Below, piece by piece: positions 10,395 to 20,645 of a stretch of DNA of 64,000 bases (position 1 is its first letter; every line of letters begins with the position of its first letter). The translations under genes and the position numbers were made by a program. The notes under the pieces are model-generated. The model was not told where the DNA came from. It made no database searches and saw nothing but the letters and a program-made list of their open reading frames with translations. Source of the stretch: an uncultured archaeon. Its GTDB lineage: Archaea; Asgardarchaeota; Thorarchaeia; Thorarchaeales; Thorarchaeaceae. The stretch spans positions 1 through 64,000 of the forward strand of contig CAYWJO010000007.1 in assembly GCA_964458565.1 (NCBI GenBank), written 5' to 3'.

Positions 10395-11270
10395 GTGAAG
10401 ATTGAAGGTTATTGGCTAGCTTCTGGCGTACTTGGTGTGACTGCATCCATAATGCGACGTGTCCTGGCTTCAGGTGCAGATGCCGTTGTCACCAAATCAG
10501 TTGGACCCGAACCACGTAAAGGACATCCGGGTCCGGTTCTCACTACTTCGCATGGAGGTCTCCTAAATGCAGTAGGTCTCACAAATCCCGGGATAGATGA
10601 ATTCAAGGACGAAATGATTTCTCTCAGACAAGATGGTTTACCTGTTATCCTCAGTATATTCGGAAACACAATTGATGATATAATGCGTGTTGCAAACAAA
10701 GGTAAGGGTATGAATCCTGTTGCTATCGAGCTAAATCTATCATGCCCCCATGCTGAAATTGGGCAGATTGCTCACGACCCGGATCTCACACATGACTATG
10801 TTCGTGCGGTGAAGGATATAGTTACCTGCCCTGTGTTCGCAAAATTAACACCTAACGCGACCGATATAGTGGATGTAGGTCTTGCTGCTGAAAGAGCAGG
10901 AGCTGATGCTATAGTTGCTATAAACACACTTCGAGGAATGAAGATTGACATCTATCAAAGGCGTCCTGTCTTGGGATATAAGGTAGGTGGACTTTCTGGG
11001 CCTCCAATATTTCCAGTTGCAGTTCGTTGCGTATATGACCTCCACCAAAGGCTCTCTATTCCGATAATTGGTGTTGGCGGGGTAAACACATGGCAGGATG
11101 CAATAGAGATGCATCTTGCTGGAGCAAGTGCAATTCAAATTGGGACAGGTGTTCTTCGCAAGATGGACATTTTTACGGAGATCAAACAAGGTGTACAAAC
11201 GTATCTCGAAAATGAGGGCTTTTCCTCAGTTAAGGAGATTGTCGGATTAGCAGGGAGGCTCGCGGAATGA
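10395..11270 (+). CDS. pyrD: Dihydroorotate dehydrogenase catalytic subunit
   Basis: NAVGLTNPG, ELNLSCPH, KLTPN, GGLSG. Confidence 0.95.
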   Translation: MKIEGYWLASGVLGVTASIMRRVLASGADAVVTKSVGPEPRKGHPGPVLTTSHGGLLNAVGLTNPGIDEFKDEMISLRQDGLPVILSIFGNTIDDIMRVANKGKGMNPVAIELNLSCPHAEIGQIAHDPDLTHDYVRAVKDIVTCPVFAKLTPNATDIVDVGLAAERAGADAIVAINTLRGMKIDIYQRRPVLGYKVGGLSGPPIFPVAVRCVYDLHQRLSIPIIGVGGVNTWQDAIEMHLAGASAIQIGTGVLRKMDIFTEIKQGVQTYLENEGFSSVKEIVGLAGRLAE

Positions 11271-12088
11271 AAATCGAGCACCTTATGGGCAATCCCACTT
11301 CGGTGAAGATTTCCAAACGAGTTGAGGAAAACCCAAGTACTGTAAGCCTGTATTTCGAGATATCTGATTCATATTCCCCCATATTACCAGGAGAGTTCCT
11401 TATGGTCTGGATTCCGGGTGTTGATGAGATTCCTATGAGCATCTGTTTATGGACCCCGCCTATCGTTGGAATCACAGTCAAGTCCGTAGGTGAGGCAACT
11501 GAAGCACTTGCTCAGAGAGATGTTGGTGATTGGATTGGTATACGTGGGCCCTTTGGACGCTCATTCAATGCTGACTCTTACAACGCTCTGGTTGTTGGTG
11601 GGGGTGTTGGAATGCCGCCTCTAAGATTCCTTGTTGATAGTCTCCTCTCAAAGGAAGTCAAGACAACTCTGGTGATTGCTGCCAAGACAAAGGACGAATT
11701 AATACTCTATGACTTCATGAAAAGAAAAGACTCCAATCTCAAGGTTGAGATAGCAACCGATGATGGGTCTATGGGTTTCAAAGGATTTGCTACTCAGCTT
11801 ACTGAGCGGCTTTTGGAGAATCACGAATTCGATACAATATACACCTGCGGTCCTGAATTGATGATGGTAGGGCTCTATGAAATTGCAAAAGAGCACAGAG
11901 TAAAATTTCAAGCATCTCTTGAACGTTTTATGAAATGCGGATGTGGAATTTGTGGAACATGTGCTATGGACCCAGTCGGAGATTTAGTCTGCAAAGATGG
12001 ACCTATCTTCTCAGGAAAAGAGCTTGATAGTATAAGTGAGTTCGGAGAGTACCATCGTGACGCAACAGGCGTCAAGAAAAAGTTCTAG
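11267..12088 (+). CDS. pyrK: Dihydroorotate dehydrogenase electron-transfer subunit
   Basis: RGPFG, GGGVG, CGPELMM, MKCGCGICGTC; overlaps pyrD stop. Confidence 0.93.
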   Translation: MKIEHLMGNPTSVKISKRVEENPSTVSLYFEISDSYSPILPGEFLMVWIPGVDEIPMSICLWTPPIVGITVKSVGEATEALAQRDVGDWIGIRGPFGRSFNADSYNALVVGGGVGMPPLRFLVDSLLSKEVKTTLVIAAKTKDELILYDFMKRKDSNLKVEIATDDGSMGFKGFATQLTERLLENHEFDTIYTCGPELMMVGLYEIAKEHRVKFQASLERFMKCGCGICGTCAMDPVGDLVCKDGPIFSGKELDSISEFGEYHRDATGVKKKF

Positions 12089-12094
12089 GGCACT

Positions 12095-12256
12095 CTATTT
12101 TCGAACACCGACGACCTGACCGCGAATAAACCGTTTGTGATAATTCCTCTTGTTGCGAATTCGAGGAATGGGAGTATGACGCTCGCGGGCTCGAACCTTA
12201 GGTGTTGATTCTCGGACTTTGCCTGCCTTTGTAAGTGATCCATGTGAACCTGGCAT
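12095..12256 (-). CDS. rps30e: 30S ribosomal protein S30e
   Basis: MPGSHGSLTKAGKVR..TPK; start refined to ATG at 12256. Confidence 0.95.
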   Translation of the reverse strand: MPGSHGSLTKAGKVRESTPKVRARERHTPIPRIRNKRNYHKRFIRGQVVGVRK

Positions 12257-12394
12257 TAAATAGTCAATCCTCTTTGGTTGTATATTCAAATCCAATTAAT
12301 GGCGTTTTAAGGCTTGTCATGTGGGGCAGTCAATTTATAGTGCCCTAATAGATTTTAAGCAGCCTTATTTCAACAGGAACTCAGTTTTTGATTA

Positions 12395-12856
12395 ATGGAG
12401 GAAACAATCTTGACCGAATCTACAGAAAAGGAGGCATTGGGATACTTTGAGTCCAAGTATAATTGTGCACAGTCCGTGTTTAGAGCAATTCTAGAGCATA
12501 AAGGACTTTATTTCAATGAAGCTACTCAGCTTGCTGCAGGATTTGGTGGCGGAATTACTCATAGCGGTCAGCAATGTGGAGCGCTTTCAGGAGCAATGAT
12601 GGCTATTGGAGTACTAGCCGGACGAAAAATCAACGATGTTCGCGAACATAAGGCGATGACATACGACCTCACCTCAGAGTTACTAACAAAATTCGCAGAA
12701 GAATTTGGTACAATACGATGTGACGACTTGACTGGTGTGAATATGAGTGATCAAGATGCGCTCAAGAAAGCCATCAATGATGGGGTCTTCGAAGAGATAT
12801 GTCCGAAATTTATCATAAAATCAGTGGAAATTGTGCTAGAGATGTTCCCTGATTAG
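12395..12856 (+). CDS. C_GCAxxG_C_C family putative redox protein
   Basis: YNCAQS, GFGGG, CGALSG, RC, ICP motifs. Confidence 0.88.
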   Translation: MEETILTESTEKEALGYFESKYNCAQSVFRAILEHKGLYFNEATQLAAGFGGGITHSGQQCGALSGAMMAIGVLAGRKINDVREHKAMTYDLTSELLTKFAEEFGTIRCDDLTGVNMSDQDALKKAINDGVFEEICPKFIIKSVEIVLEMFPD

Positions 12857-12920
12857 CTGAGAACACAGACAGTGTCAAACCAATTGGTTTAACCGTAATT
12901 CCTGAACTAGTTCTACCATC

Positions 12921-14528
12921 ATGCCTGTTCCTGATGAGGATTATAAGTTTCATAGAGCGATTATAGACGCACTTCTTAGTTCAGATCAGGTACTTGATAG
13001 GCGTAGCATAAATCGGATTAAAAATAAGATATGCGCGGAATTCAAAAGATCAAGAGTTCCTTCAAATGCTGACGTGCTACAGGATGCAATTCCTGAAGAA
13101 TTGGAGGTCTTGATACCTCTGATGCAGAAACGGCCTGTGCGTACAATCTCAGGAGTTGCCGTTGTTGCTACCATGACTGAACCCCATGCCTGCCCTCATG
13201 GCAAATGCGCATATTGCCCCGGAGGTCCTGATCTAGGTGTTCCACAGAGCTATACAGGTCACGAACCAGCTACTATGCGCGGATTACAGCACGATTTTAA
13301 TCCTTATGGGCAAGTGGAAAGTAGATTGAACCAGCTCAGTACGATTGGTCATTCGATTCAAAAAGTCGAGTTAATTGTGATGGGTGGTGATTGGTGCTCT
13401 AAACCAACCGAATATCGAGAGGGATTTGTCAAAGGTTGTCTTGATGCAATGAATGGAATGAGAAGTGCCTCTCTCACTGAAGCTCAGAGAATAAACGAAA
13501 CTGCAGATGTCAGAAATGTTGGACTTACCTTTGAAACGCGTCCGGATTGGGTGACTCATGAAACTACTAATGATATGCTTCAGATGGGTGCAACAAGAGT
13601 TGAATTAGGAGTTCAATCCCTGTCTGATGATATCCTAGAGAAAGTTCAGAGAGGCCATGATATAGCAACCACTGCGAGAGCAACAAAATTACTCCGTGAC
13701 AGCGGACTGAAAGTATGTTATCACATGATGCCAGGGCTTCCAGGTAGTTCAGTTGAGCAGGACTTGGAAGACTTCGAGCGTCTGTTTACCGACTCTCGTT
13801 TTCAACCGGATATGCTCAAGATATATCCTACAATCGTTGTAAAGAACACAAAACTCTACGAATGGTGGCAGGAGGGTACCTACACTCCATACACAAATGA
13901 ACAGATAATATCGCTCGTATCTGAAGCAGTGAGTCGAATGCCTGAATACGTTCGGATTCAACGAATGCAACGAGATATCCCTCTTCATCAGATTGAGGCA
14001 GGTCTTAGCAGAGGTAATTTACGTGAGCTTGTCCATCAAGAAATGAAACAAAAGGGATTGAGAAATCCCACAATTCGATATCGTGAGATTGGGCATAAGC
14101 AAATGAGATCCGAGTTCCATATGACTCCTGACTCCCCTCAACTCATTAGACGCGATTACGAGGCTGCTGATGGAAAAGAGATATTTCTCTCATTCGAAGT
14201 GCCTAAGCATGATGTCATCTTTGGTTTCTTACGATTGAGATATCCAAGCGATGAGGCATATAGATCTGAAATCAATGAGAAACCATGTACAGTAATCCGA
14301 GAGCTGAGAGTATACGGCCCGGTTGTTGATATTGGAGAACATGATCCGGATGCTTGGCAGCATCTAGGACTTGGTGAGAAGCTCCTTGATGCTGCATATA
14401 CCATATCCAAGGAGGACTTTGATGCAAAACGAGTGCTGGTCAACAGTGGAATCGGTGTCAAAGAATACTATCGGAATCTTGGGTTTACTGATATTGGACC
14501 TTATTTAGCTAAGCAAATCAAAGTCTAG
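12921..14528 (+). CDS. elp3: Elp3 tRNA uridine(34) acetyltransferase (radical SAM + GNAT)
   Basis: CPHGKCAYCPGG, QSYTGHEP, ETRPD, RELRVYG, WQHLGLG. Confidence 0.96.
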   Translation: MPVPDEDYKFHRAIIDALLSSDQVLDRRSINRIKNKICAEFKRSRVPSNADVLQDAIPEELEVLIPLMQKRPVRTISGVAVVATMTEPHACPHGKCAYCPGGPDLGVPQSYTGHEPATMRGLQHDFNPYGQVESRLNQLSTIGHSIQKVELIVMGGDWCSKPTEYREGFVKGCLDAMNGMRSASLTEAQRINETADVRNVGLTFETRPDWVTHETTNDMLQMGATRVELGVQSLSDDILEKVQRGHDIATTARATKLLRDSGLKVCYHMMPGLPGSSVEQDLEDFERLFTDSRFQPDMLKIYPTIVVKNTKLYEWWQEGTYTPYTNEQIISLVSEAVSRMPEYVRIQRMQRDIPLHQIEAGLSRGNLRELVHQEMKQKGLRNPTIRYREIGHKQMRSEFHMTPDSPQLIRRDYEAADGKEIFLSFEVPKHDVIFGFLRLRYPSDEAYRSEINEKPCTVIRELRVYGPVVDIGEHDPDAWQHLGLGEKLLDAAYTISKEDFDAKRVLVNSGIGVKEYYRNLGFTDIGPYLAKQIKV

Positions 14529-14566
14529 TTAATGTCTAAGATAGATAATCCACACTTTGATATTCT

Positions 14567-16309
14567 TCATTCAATTCTTTTTGCAGGAATGACTTGCATA
14601 GAATCAATGTATAGAAATTCTGATATCACCCCTGATTCGTCCTTCCTGAATTTGATAGAGTATGATTCGTCTTTTGCACTGAATCTCATATTCCTAATCG
14701 GTTTCAGTTCAGTTGACTGTTGACCTGGGAATTTGCACGTAATTGTATCATCTCCCCTCAGTCCAATCTCCAAAACTATTCCAATTGCTTCATATTTACC
14801 AATTAATGACTTGAGAACTTCTCTATCTCGCAGCTGTTCATCAGGAAGTCGACTGAAAGTAATAGAAGGTGTGAGCTGCTCCAGCTTTACTGAAAATTCA
14901 ACAATCTCTCCACTATCATCTGCATGAAAGGTTAGCTGTCCTTTAACATCAAAGCGTTTCATGTCGTATTGAAAGGTGTCATAGTGAAAGTGAGTAAGTG
15001 GATATTCAACTGATCCAAATTTACTTTGGAGTTCATTATCTTGTATGTAGAATTCAAAGTTACCATAACCAGGATGGTTATATTTTCCCACATATTCCTC
15101 AATCGGGCGTGTTAGCTTTGTATCCTTGATACGAAGACCCTGTGATATCTCACCCGATTCTTTAATACTCTTTATCATTTCCACATCTATCTTAGTGTAT
15201 ATATCATTCCAATCAACTTGTTCCAAACCCAGGAATCTATCAAAAAGATTGTAGAATACTGCGCCTGTTATCCCACAGTCGCTCTTGTTAACAATCGCCA
15301 TGACTCCTATGTCCTCATCTGGTAGGAATCCCATTAAGGATGATGACCCATCTATACCTCCTCCATGTCTTACTACACGATGACCCCTGTACATCACTCC
15401 CGCCCATCCCAGAGCGTATGTATCCATCCTGAACCATTTCTGATCCGGTACCCAGAAGTCAAGTCCCATGGTCATTGAAGAAATGATAACAGAATCATGG
15501 GTACGCCGCAGATTGTCTGCAGATACAAGTTGTTTTTTGGCAACCATTCCTTTGTTGAGATGAAATTTCAACCATTTTCCCATATCATCAATGCTTGCAT
15601 TGATACACCCCGCACCAGTTGCTACATCGTTTACGACATAATCACACTCGATATATCCAAGCTTCTCATCTTTGAAGTCAATTTTGTAGGGTGTAGCATA
15701 ATCAGAGGTCTGCTGCATAGTTGTGATTGAGAAATTGGAATTTTTCATACCTAATGGTTTGAAAATCCGTTTTGTGATGAAATCATTGTAACTCATCCCT
15801 GATAACTCTTCTATTATTACTGAAGCTGCTAGATACATGAGATTACAATATTGAAAGGTTGTACGAATTTCCTTGCTCGAGTCTAAATGGGGCAATCGAT
15901 TAAGCACTTGGTCATAGGTGAACTCATCATTGATCCATACAAAATCATGTCTCGGTAGACCAGTTCTATGCGAAAGCATGTCGACAATGGTGACTTGATT
16001 TGTGGCAACAGAGTCTTTCATTTTGAATTGAGGAATAAACTCCCTAATTGGAGTATCCCACTCTAATTTACCTTCATCCACAAGCATGGCAATCGCTGTA
16101 CTGGTGAACGATTTTGTACATGAGGCAATGGGATGTATTGTACTTGTGGTCATCTCAAGTTTCTTATCAACATCGCGATATCCAAATCCCTTCGAATACA
16201 CGATGTCTTTATCCTTTAGAGCTACTACAGCAAGACCTGGGGCATCAAATTTCTTTACAGAGTCTTCAAGAAACTCGTCTATAGCTTCAAGGGTTCCACC
16301 TTGTATCAT
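14567..16309 (-). CDS. Serine hydrolase (beta-lactamase/AmpC family) with DUF3471-like C-terminus
   Basis: SCTK (SxxK), YCN, HGGG motifs. Confidence 0.88.
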   Translation of the reverse strand: MIQGGTLEAIDEFLEDSVKKFDAPGLAVVALKDKDIVYSKGFGYRDVDKKLEMTTSTIHPIASCTKSFTSTAIAMLVDEGKLEWDTPIREFIPQFKMKDSVATNQVTIVDMLSHRTGLPRHDFVWINDEFTYDQVLNRLPHLDSSKEIRTTFQYCNLMYLAASVIIEELSGMSYNDFITKRIFKPLGMKNSNFSITTMQQTSDYATPYKIDFKDEKLGYIECDYVVNDVATGAGCINASIDDMGKWLKFHLNKGMVAKKQLVSADNLRRTHDSVIISSMTMGLDFWVPDQKWFRMDTYALGWAGVMYRGHRVVRHGGGIDGSSSLMGFLPDEDIGVMAIVNKSDCGITGAVFYNLFDRFLGLEQVDWNDIYTKIDVEMIKSIKESGEISQGLRIKDTKLTRPIEEYVGKYNHPGYGNFEFYIQDNELQSKFGSVEYPLTHFHYDTFQYDMKRFDVKGQLTFHADDSGEIVEFSVKLEQLTPSITFSRLPDEQLRDREVLKSLIGKYEAIGIVLEIGLRGDDTITCKFPGQQSTELKPIRNMRFSAKDESYSIKFRKDESGVISEFLYIDSMQVIPAKRIE

Positions 16310-16506
16310 TTCCTAACCACCATACTAAATTCCGTTATTGTGAAAAACACATTTACGATTTTTAATAATGTGCTTTTAGAATACTACCTGCCTTAAGAAT
16401 TATGTTTCAATGCTGCATTAGATAGCGGCTGTGCTTCTAATTCCTCGAATTATAAATCCTGTCGAATGAGATTACTCAGTATCGAAAAATCCCTATGATG
16501 AAAAAG

Positions 16507-16656
16507 TGGCGCCGAGGGTGAGATGTGTTCACACCCACCGATACGATGGGCGTCTTGAACTCACGCGTCCTAGGACACCGGTTAACTTGACTAACAGCGT
16601 GCAAAGCACACCGGTTTTCAAGACCGGCGCCGTAATCCGGGCTTGGCTACCTCGGC
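16507..16656 (-). tRNA. tRNA-Ser(TGA) with two introns (37/38, 33 nt; 58/59, 30 nt); CCA encoded
   Basis: GCCGAGG/CCTCGGC acceptor stem, CCGGT-CT-TGA-A anticodon arm, long variable arm; both inserts form BHB motifs. Confidence 0.92.
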
Positions 16657-16720
16657 ATCTTACATTTCTTCTCTCCTCTTAGAACGCCTTTTAAGCTTCG
16701 TGGAGTGGAGTCTATACTAG

Positions 16721-17164
16721 GTGAAGTGGACATTGGATCGCGGCTTTCTTTTCCATGAGCACACCGCAGATATAACCTTGGAGTGTTGGGCTCCGACTTT
16801 GGAGGAAGCGTTCGAACAAGCCGCATTGGGTACTTTTGAGGTGATGATGGATACCTCCACAGTTGAACCTCTTATTCCAGTGGAAGTAGAACTTGAAGGC
16901 TCGGACCTGCAGGAACTTCTAGTTGAGTGGATAGGTCATCTCATTTCGCTTATCGATATCAACTCACAGTTTTACTCTGAGTTCGAGGTGATTGAAATCA
17001 AAGAAGATTCAGGACGATTTCATATCAGAGGGCGTGCTTGGGGCGAAGACATCAACCATGAGCGTCATGATACACATACAGAAGTAAAGGCAATGACCTA
17101 TGCTGACATGAAGATTGAACAAAAAGAAGAGCGAACAACACTCTGGTTCACACTTGATCTCTAG
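16721..17164 (+). CDS. Archease (RtcB cofactor)
   Basis: EHTAD, LEEAFEQAA, EVKAMTY, C-terminal LDL. Confidence 0.95.
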   Translation: MKWTLDRGFLFHEHTADITLECWAPTLEEAFEQAALGTFEVMMDTSTVEPLIPVEVELEGSDLQELLVEWIGHLISLIDINSQFYSEFEVIEIKEDSGRFHIRGRAWGEDINHERHDTHTEVKAMTYADMKIEQKEERTTLWFTLDL

Positions 17165-17181
17165 TATTTGGAAGTGAGTGA

Positions 17182-18036
17182 ATGACTTTTGAAGTAGCAA
17201 TACCTGATGCCTCATTGGAGGATTGTGCAAGCCTTAGAGACAAGACTGTAAAGGTAGGTCTGTTAGCACGTGCTTTCGCAATATTCAAAGTCGAGCGCGT
17301 TTTCATCTATTCAACTCCGCAATCCGAAGAGTCCCATAACCGCGATGCAGCTTTACTTGTTAGATTATTGCGTTTTATGGATACACCTCAATATCTCCGG
17401 AAACAGGTATTCGCTCATACTCCTTCACTGAAATATGCCGGAATCCTGCCGCCATTAAGAATAAAGAGTCATCCTCTTGCTGCTAAGACTACCGATCTCA
17501 TGGAGGGCGATATCCGTTGGGGCATTCAGACTCAGAAAGGTATGATTGACCTAGGTCTCGATAAGTCTGTCAAATGTGATGAACAAGTAAATAGGCACAC
17601 GCCTGCAATCTTTCGTGTCAAGAGTTCTAAACCCCTCAGACTTGAAATTATTGAACGCGAGGATATCGAATACTACTTTGGGTTCGAAGTAGAGCGAGTT
17701 GACAATCTGCAAAAAACACTAGAGCAGTCCGGTTCATCAACTCGGATTGTCTTTTCGCGAAACGGTGTTCAATTCAATCAGATTGCGGATAAAATTCAAT
17801 CCACCGTACGTGGTAATGGGTCTGTATTAGCCCTGTTTGGTTCGCCAAAATCAGGTATTCGCGATTTATTTAGGAACTCTATGGACACGATAAAACCCAA
17901 TATTGAATTCTGGATAAACACAATTCATGATCAAGGAACTGAGACCGTTCGACTCGAAGAGGCTGTTTTTTCGAGTTTAGGACTATTGAACGATAGATTG
18001 GGTGTTCTTTATTCAAAATCAGGATATCATAGTTGA
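17182..18036 (+). CDS. SPOUT RNA methyltransferase (DUF171/MTH1 type)
   Basis: TPQYLRK, GILPPL, QGTETVRLEEA; usual upstream neighbour of rpl3. Confidence 0.88.
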   Translation: MTFEVAIPDASLEDCASLRDKTVKVGLLARAFAIFKVERVFIYSTPQSEESHNRDAALLVRLLRFMDTPQYLRKQVFAHTPSLKYAGILPPLRIKSHPLAAKTTDLMEGDIRWGIQTQKGMIDLGLDKSVKCDEQVNRHTPAIFRVKSSKPLRLEIIEREDIEYYFGFEVERVDNLQKTLEQSGSSTRIVFSRNGVQFNQIADKIQSTVRGNGSVLALFGSPKSGIRDLFRNSMDTIKPNIEFWINTIHDQGTETVRLEEAVFSSLGLLNDRLGVLYSKSGYHS

Positions 18037-18104
18037 GTATCTTCCTCATGCTCATAGTTTATAGACCTTCGATTCTGTATCCATGAACAAGTCAAAACTG
18101 TGGT

Positions 18105-20474
18105 GTGATTATGCTCTCAGAACGCGTACAAAGGCTCAGAGAAAAGAGCATGAACACAGAGCCCTACATATCTACAGAACGAGCTGAACTGATCACAGAC
18201 TTCTATCAGAGTGGTGGTGCAGATACCCTATCAGTTCCTGTGTCGCGCGCCATGGCATTCAAATATATTCTCCAGCACAGAGAGATCTATATTGGAGATG
18301 GCGAATTAATCGTTGGAGAACGTGGTCCTGAACCAAGAGCAACTCCCACATATCCTGAACTATGCTGCCATTCAATTGATGATTTGGAGGCTTGCCATAA
18401 TCGGGTACGGTCTCGATTCAATGTGAGTGAGGATGCTAAGGATGTCTATCGTGAAGAAATCATTCCTTTCTGGCTTGGAAAGACAATACGTGAACGCGTC
18501 TTTGCGTCCATGTCTGAGGAGTGGATGACTGCATTTGAGGTTGGAATATTCACCGAATTCATGGAACAGAGAGCACCTGGACATGCTATCCTTGATGATA
18601 AGATCTACAAACGAGGTCTAATTGATTTCATTCAGGACATTGACACTAGACTTGAAGACATTGATTTCTATAATGATCCTCTCGCATTCGCAAGGAGTGA
18701 AGAACTCAAGGCAATTCGTATCGTGGCGGAAGCGATTATTGACTTTGCTCATCGACATTCAGAGTTGGCAAGCGACCTTGCAGAGTCTGAGAAAGACCCT
18801 ACAAGGAGGAAGGAGCTCGAGAAGATTGCAGAGGTATGTAGACATGTTCCTGCTAATGCACCACGTGACTTCTGGGAGGCCCTACAGACCTATTGGTTTG
18901 TTCATCTGGGTGTGATTACCGAGCTCAACGTATGGGATTCATTTAATCCGGGTCGTGTAGACTTGAATCTCTACCCTTTCTACAAAAAAGGAGTAGACTC
19001 TGGTGAATTAACCCGGGATTCCGCAAAAGAGCTTCTACAATGTTTTTGGGTAAAATTCCATAATCAACCTGCTCCACCAAAGGTTGACATCACTGAGGAA
19101 CAGAGTGGAACGTACCAAGACTTTACTTTGATTAACACAGGTGGCCTTACAATCGATGGTACTGATGCAGTCAACGAGCTCTCATACCTACTTCTCGAAG
19201 TATGTGAAGAGATGCAGTTGATCATGCCAAGTGTCTGCATTCAAATCAGTGAACACAATCCTGATGACTTCCTTCTAAAAGCCGTTGATGTTATTAGCAC
19301 AGGCCTAGGACAACCCTCAATGTTCAATACCGATGTCATAATCAAAGAATTTCTTCGGATGGGAAAGACCCTTGAGGATGCAAGAAAGGGTGGACCTAGT
19401 GGATGTGTCACAATTGGTTCATTTGGTAGTGAGAGCGTCATCCTTACAGGTTACATGAATTGGCCTAAGATTCTCGAGATAACATTGAACAATGGTGTTG
19501 ACCCGCGGACTAACAAGCTGGTGGGTCTTGAAACCGGAAATCCTCGTGATTTCAAATCATTTGAGGAACTCTTTGACGCTTATACTAATCAACTGAAGTA
19601 CTTCATAGATTTGAAAATCAAAGGCAATAACATCATCGAACGAATCTATGCAGAGCATATGCCCTCACCATTTATGTCTCTTTTAATGGACGACTGTATC
19701 CAAAAGGGAATAGACTATCATAATGGTGGATCTCGCTACAATAGCACGTATATCCAAGGTGTGGGAATGGGTACAATTACAGATTCACTCGCGGCAATCA
19801 AATATCACGTCTATGATGACGAAAATCTCACGATGGGCCAACTCTTGGAAACACTTGAGTCCAATTTTGAGGATGAACCACTGAGGATGCGGCTTCTCAA
19901 TAAGACCCCCAAATACGGAAATGATGATGACTATGCAGATAGTATCGCTCAAGAGGTCTTTGAAACTTACTTTGAGAACCTTGATGGACGTCCCAACACC
20001 AAGGGTGGTGAGTATCGAGTAAATCTTCTCCCCACTACTGTGCATATTTACTTTGGACAGGTCACAGGTGCAACACCTAACGGTCGACTGAAGGGTGAAC
20101 CACTCTCAGATGGGATATCCCCAAGTCATGGTGCAGACAAACTCGGTCCTACCGCAGTTCTTCGATCAGCAGCAAAAATAGACCACTCAAAAACTGGTGG
20201 TACATTGCTCAATCAGAAATTCATGCCTGATGTATTGGCTAATAATGAGGGACGTGAGAAACTCGCATTTTTAGTTCGATCATATTTCAAACTCGGTGGA
20301 CATCATATACAATTCAATGTTATCAGTCATGACACACTACAAGATGCACAACTGCATCCTGAAAGCCATGGAAATCTGATTGTGAGAGTTGCTGGATACA
20401 GCGATTATTTTGTAAATCTTGGTAAGAGCTTACAAGATGAGATCATAGCTAGAACAACGCATAATACATTATAA
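18105..20474 (+). CDS. Glycyl radical enzyme, HypD (4-hydroxyproline dehydratase)-like
   Basis: FTEFMEQRAPGH, QPAPPKV, SGCV Cys loop, RVAGYS glycyl motif; colinear with recalled HypD. Confidence 0.88.
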   Translation: MIMLSERVQRLREKSMNTEPYISTERAELITDFYQSGGADTLSVPVSRAMAFKYILQHREIYIGDGELIVGERGPEPRATPTYPELCCHSIDDLEACHNRVRSRFNVSEDAKDVYREEIIPFWLGKTIRERVFASMSEEWMTAFEVGIFTEFMEQRAPGHAILDDKIYKRGLIDFIQDIDTRLEDIDFYNDPLAFARSEELKAIRIVAEAIIDFAHRHSELASDLAESEKDPTRRKELEKIAEVCRHVPANAPRDFWEALQTYWFVHLGVITELNVWDSFNPGRVDLNLYPFYKKGVDSGELTRDSAKELLQCFWVKFHNQPAPPKVDITEEQSGTYQDFTLINTGGLTIDGTDAVNELSYLLLEVCEEMQLIMPSVCIQISEHNPDDFLLKAVDVISTGLGQPSMFNTDVIIKEFLRMGKTLEDARKGGPSGCVTIGSFGSESVILTGYMNWPKILEITLNNGVDPRTNKLVGLETGNPRDFKSFEELFDAYTNQLKYFIDLKIKGNNIIERIYAEHMPSPFMSLLMDDCIQKGIDYHNGGSRYNSTYIQGVGMGTITDSLAAIKYHVYDDENLTMGQLLETLESNFEDEPLRMRLLNKTPKYGNDDDYADSIAQEVFETYFENLDGRPNTKGGEYRVNLLPTTVHIYFGQVTGATPNGRLKGEPLSDGISPSHGADKLGPTAVLRSAAKIDHSKTGGTLLNQKFMPDVLANNEGREKLAFLVRSYFKLGGHHIQFNVISHDTLQDAQLHPESHGNLIVRVAGYSDYFVNLGKSLQDEIIARTTHNTL

Positions 20475-20645
20475 ATCCCGAATTTCTCTACTATTTTCCA
20501 TTATATTACACGATTTGGTCGGTGGGCAAGTTTTAAAAACAGACCTATTCTTGACGCGCACTAGTAGTACGAATAGCATAGCTAAGTGACTATTGTTTTA
20601 GCTGACAAATATACATCTATGCTGCAAAACTACTGGTGAAATTTA

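Noticed and set aside
12257-12295. N-terminal extension on S30e as a ubiquitin-like fusion
   Set aside because: Only 13 codons from an alternative start; the true start is MPGSHG
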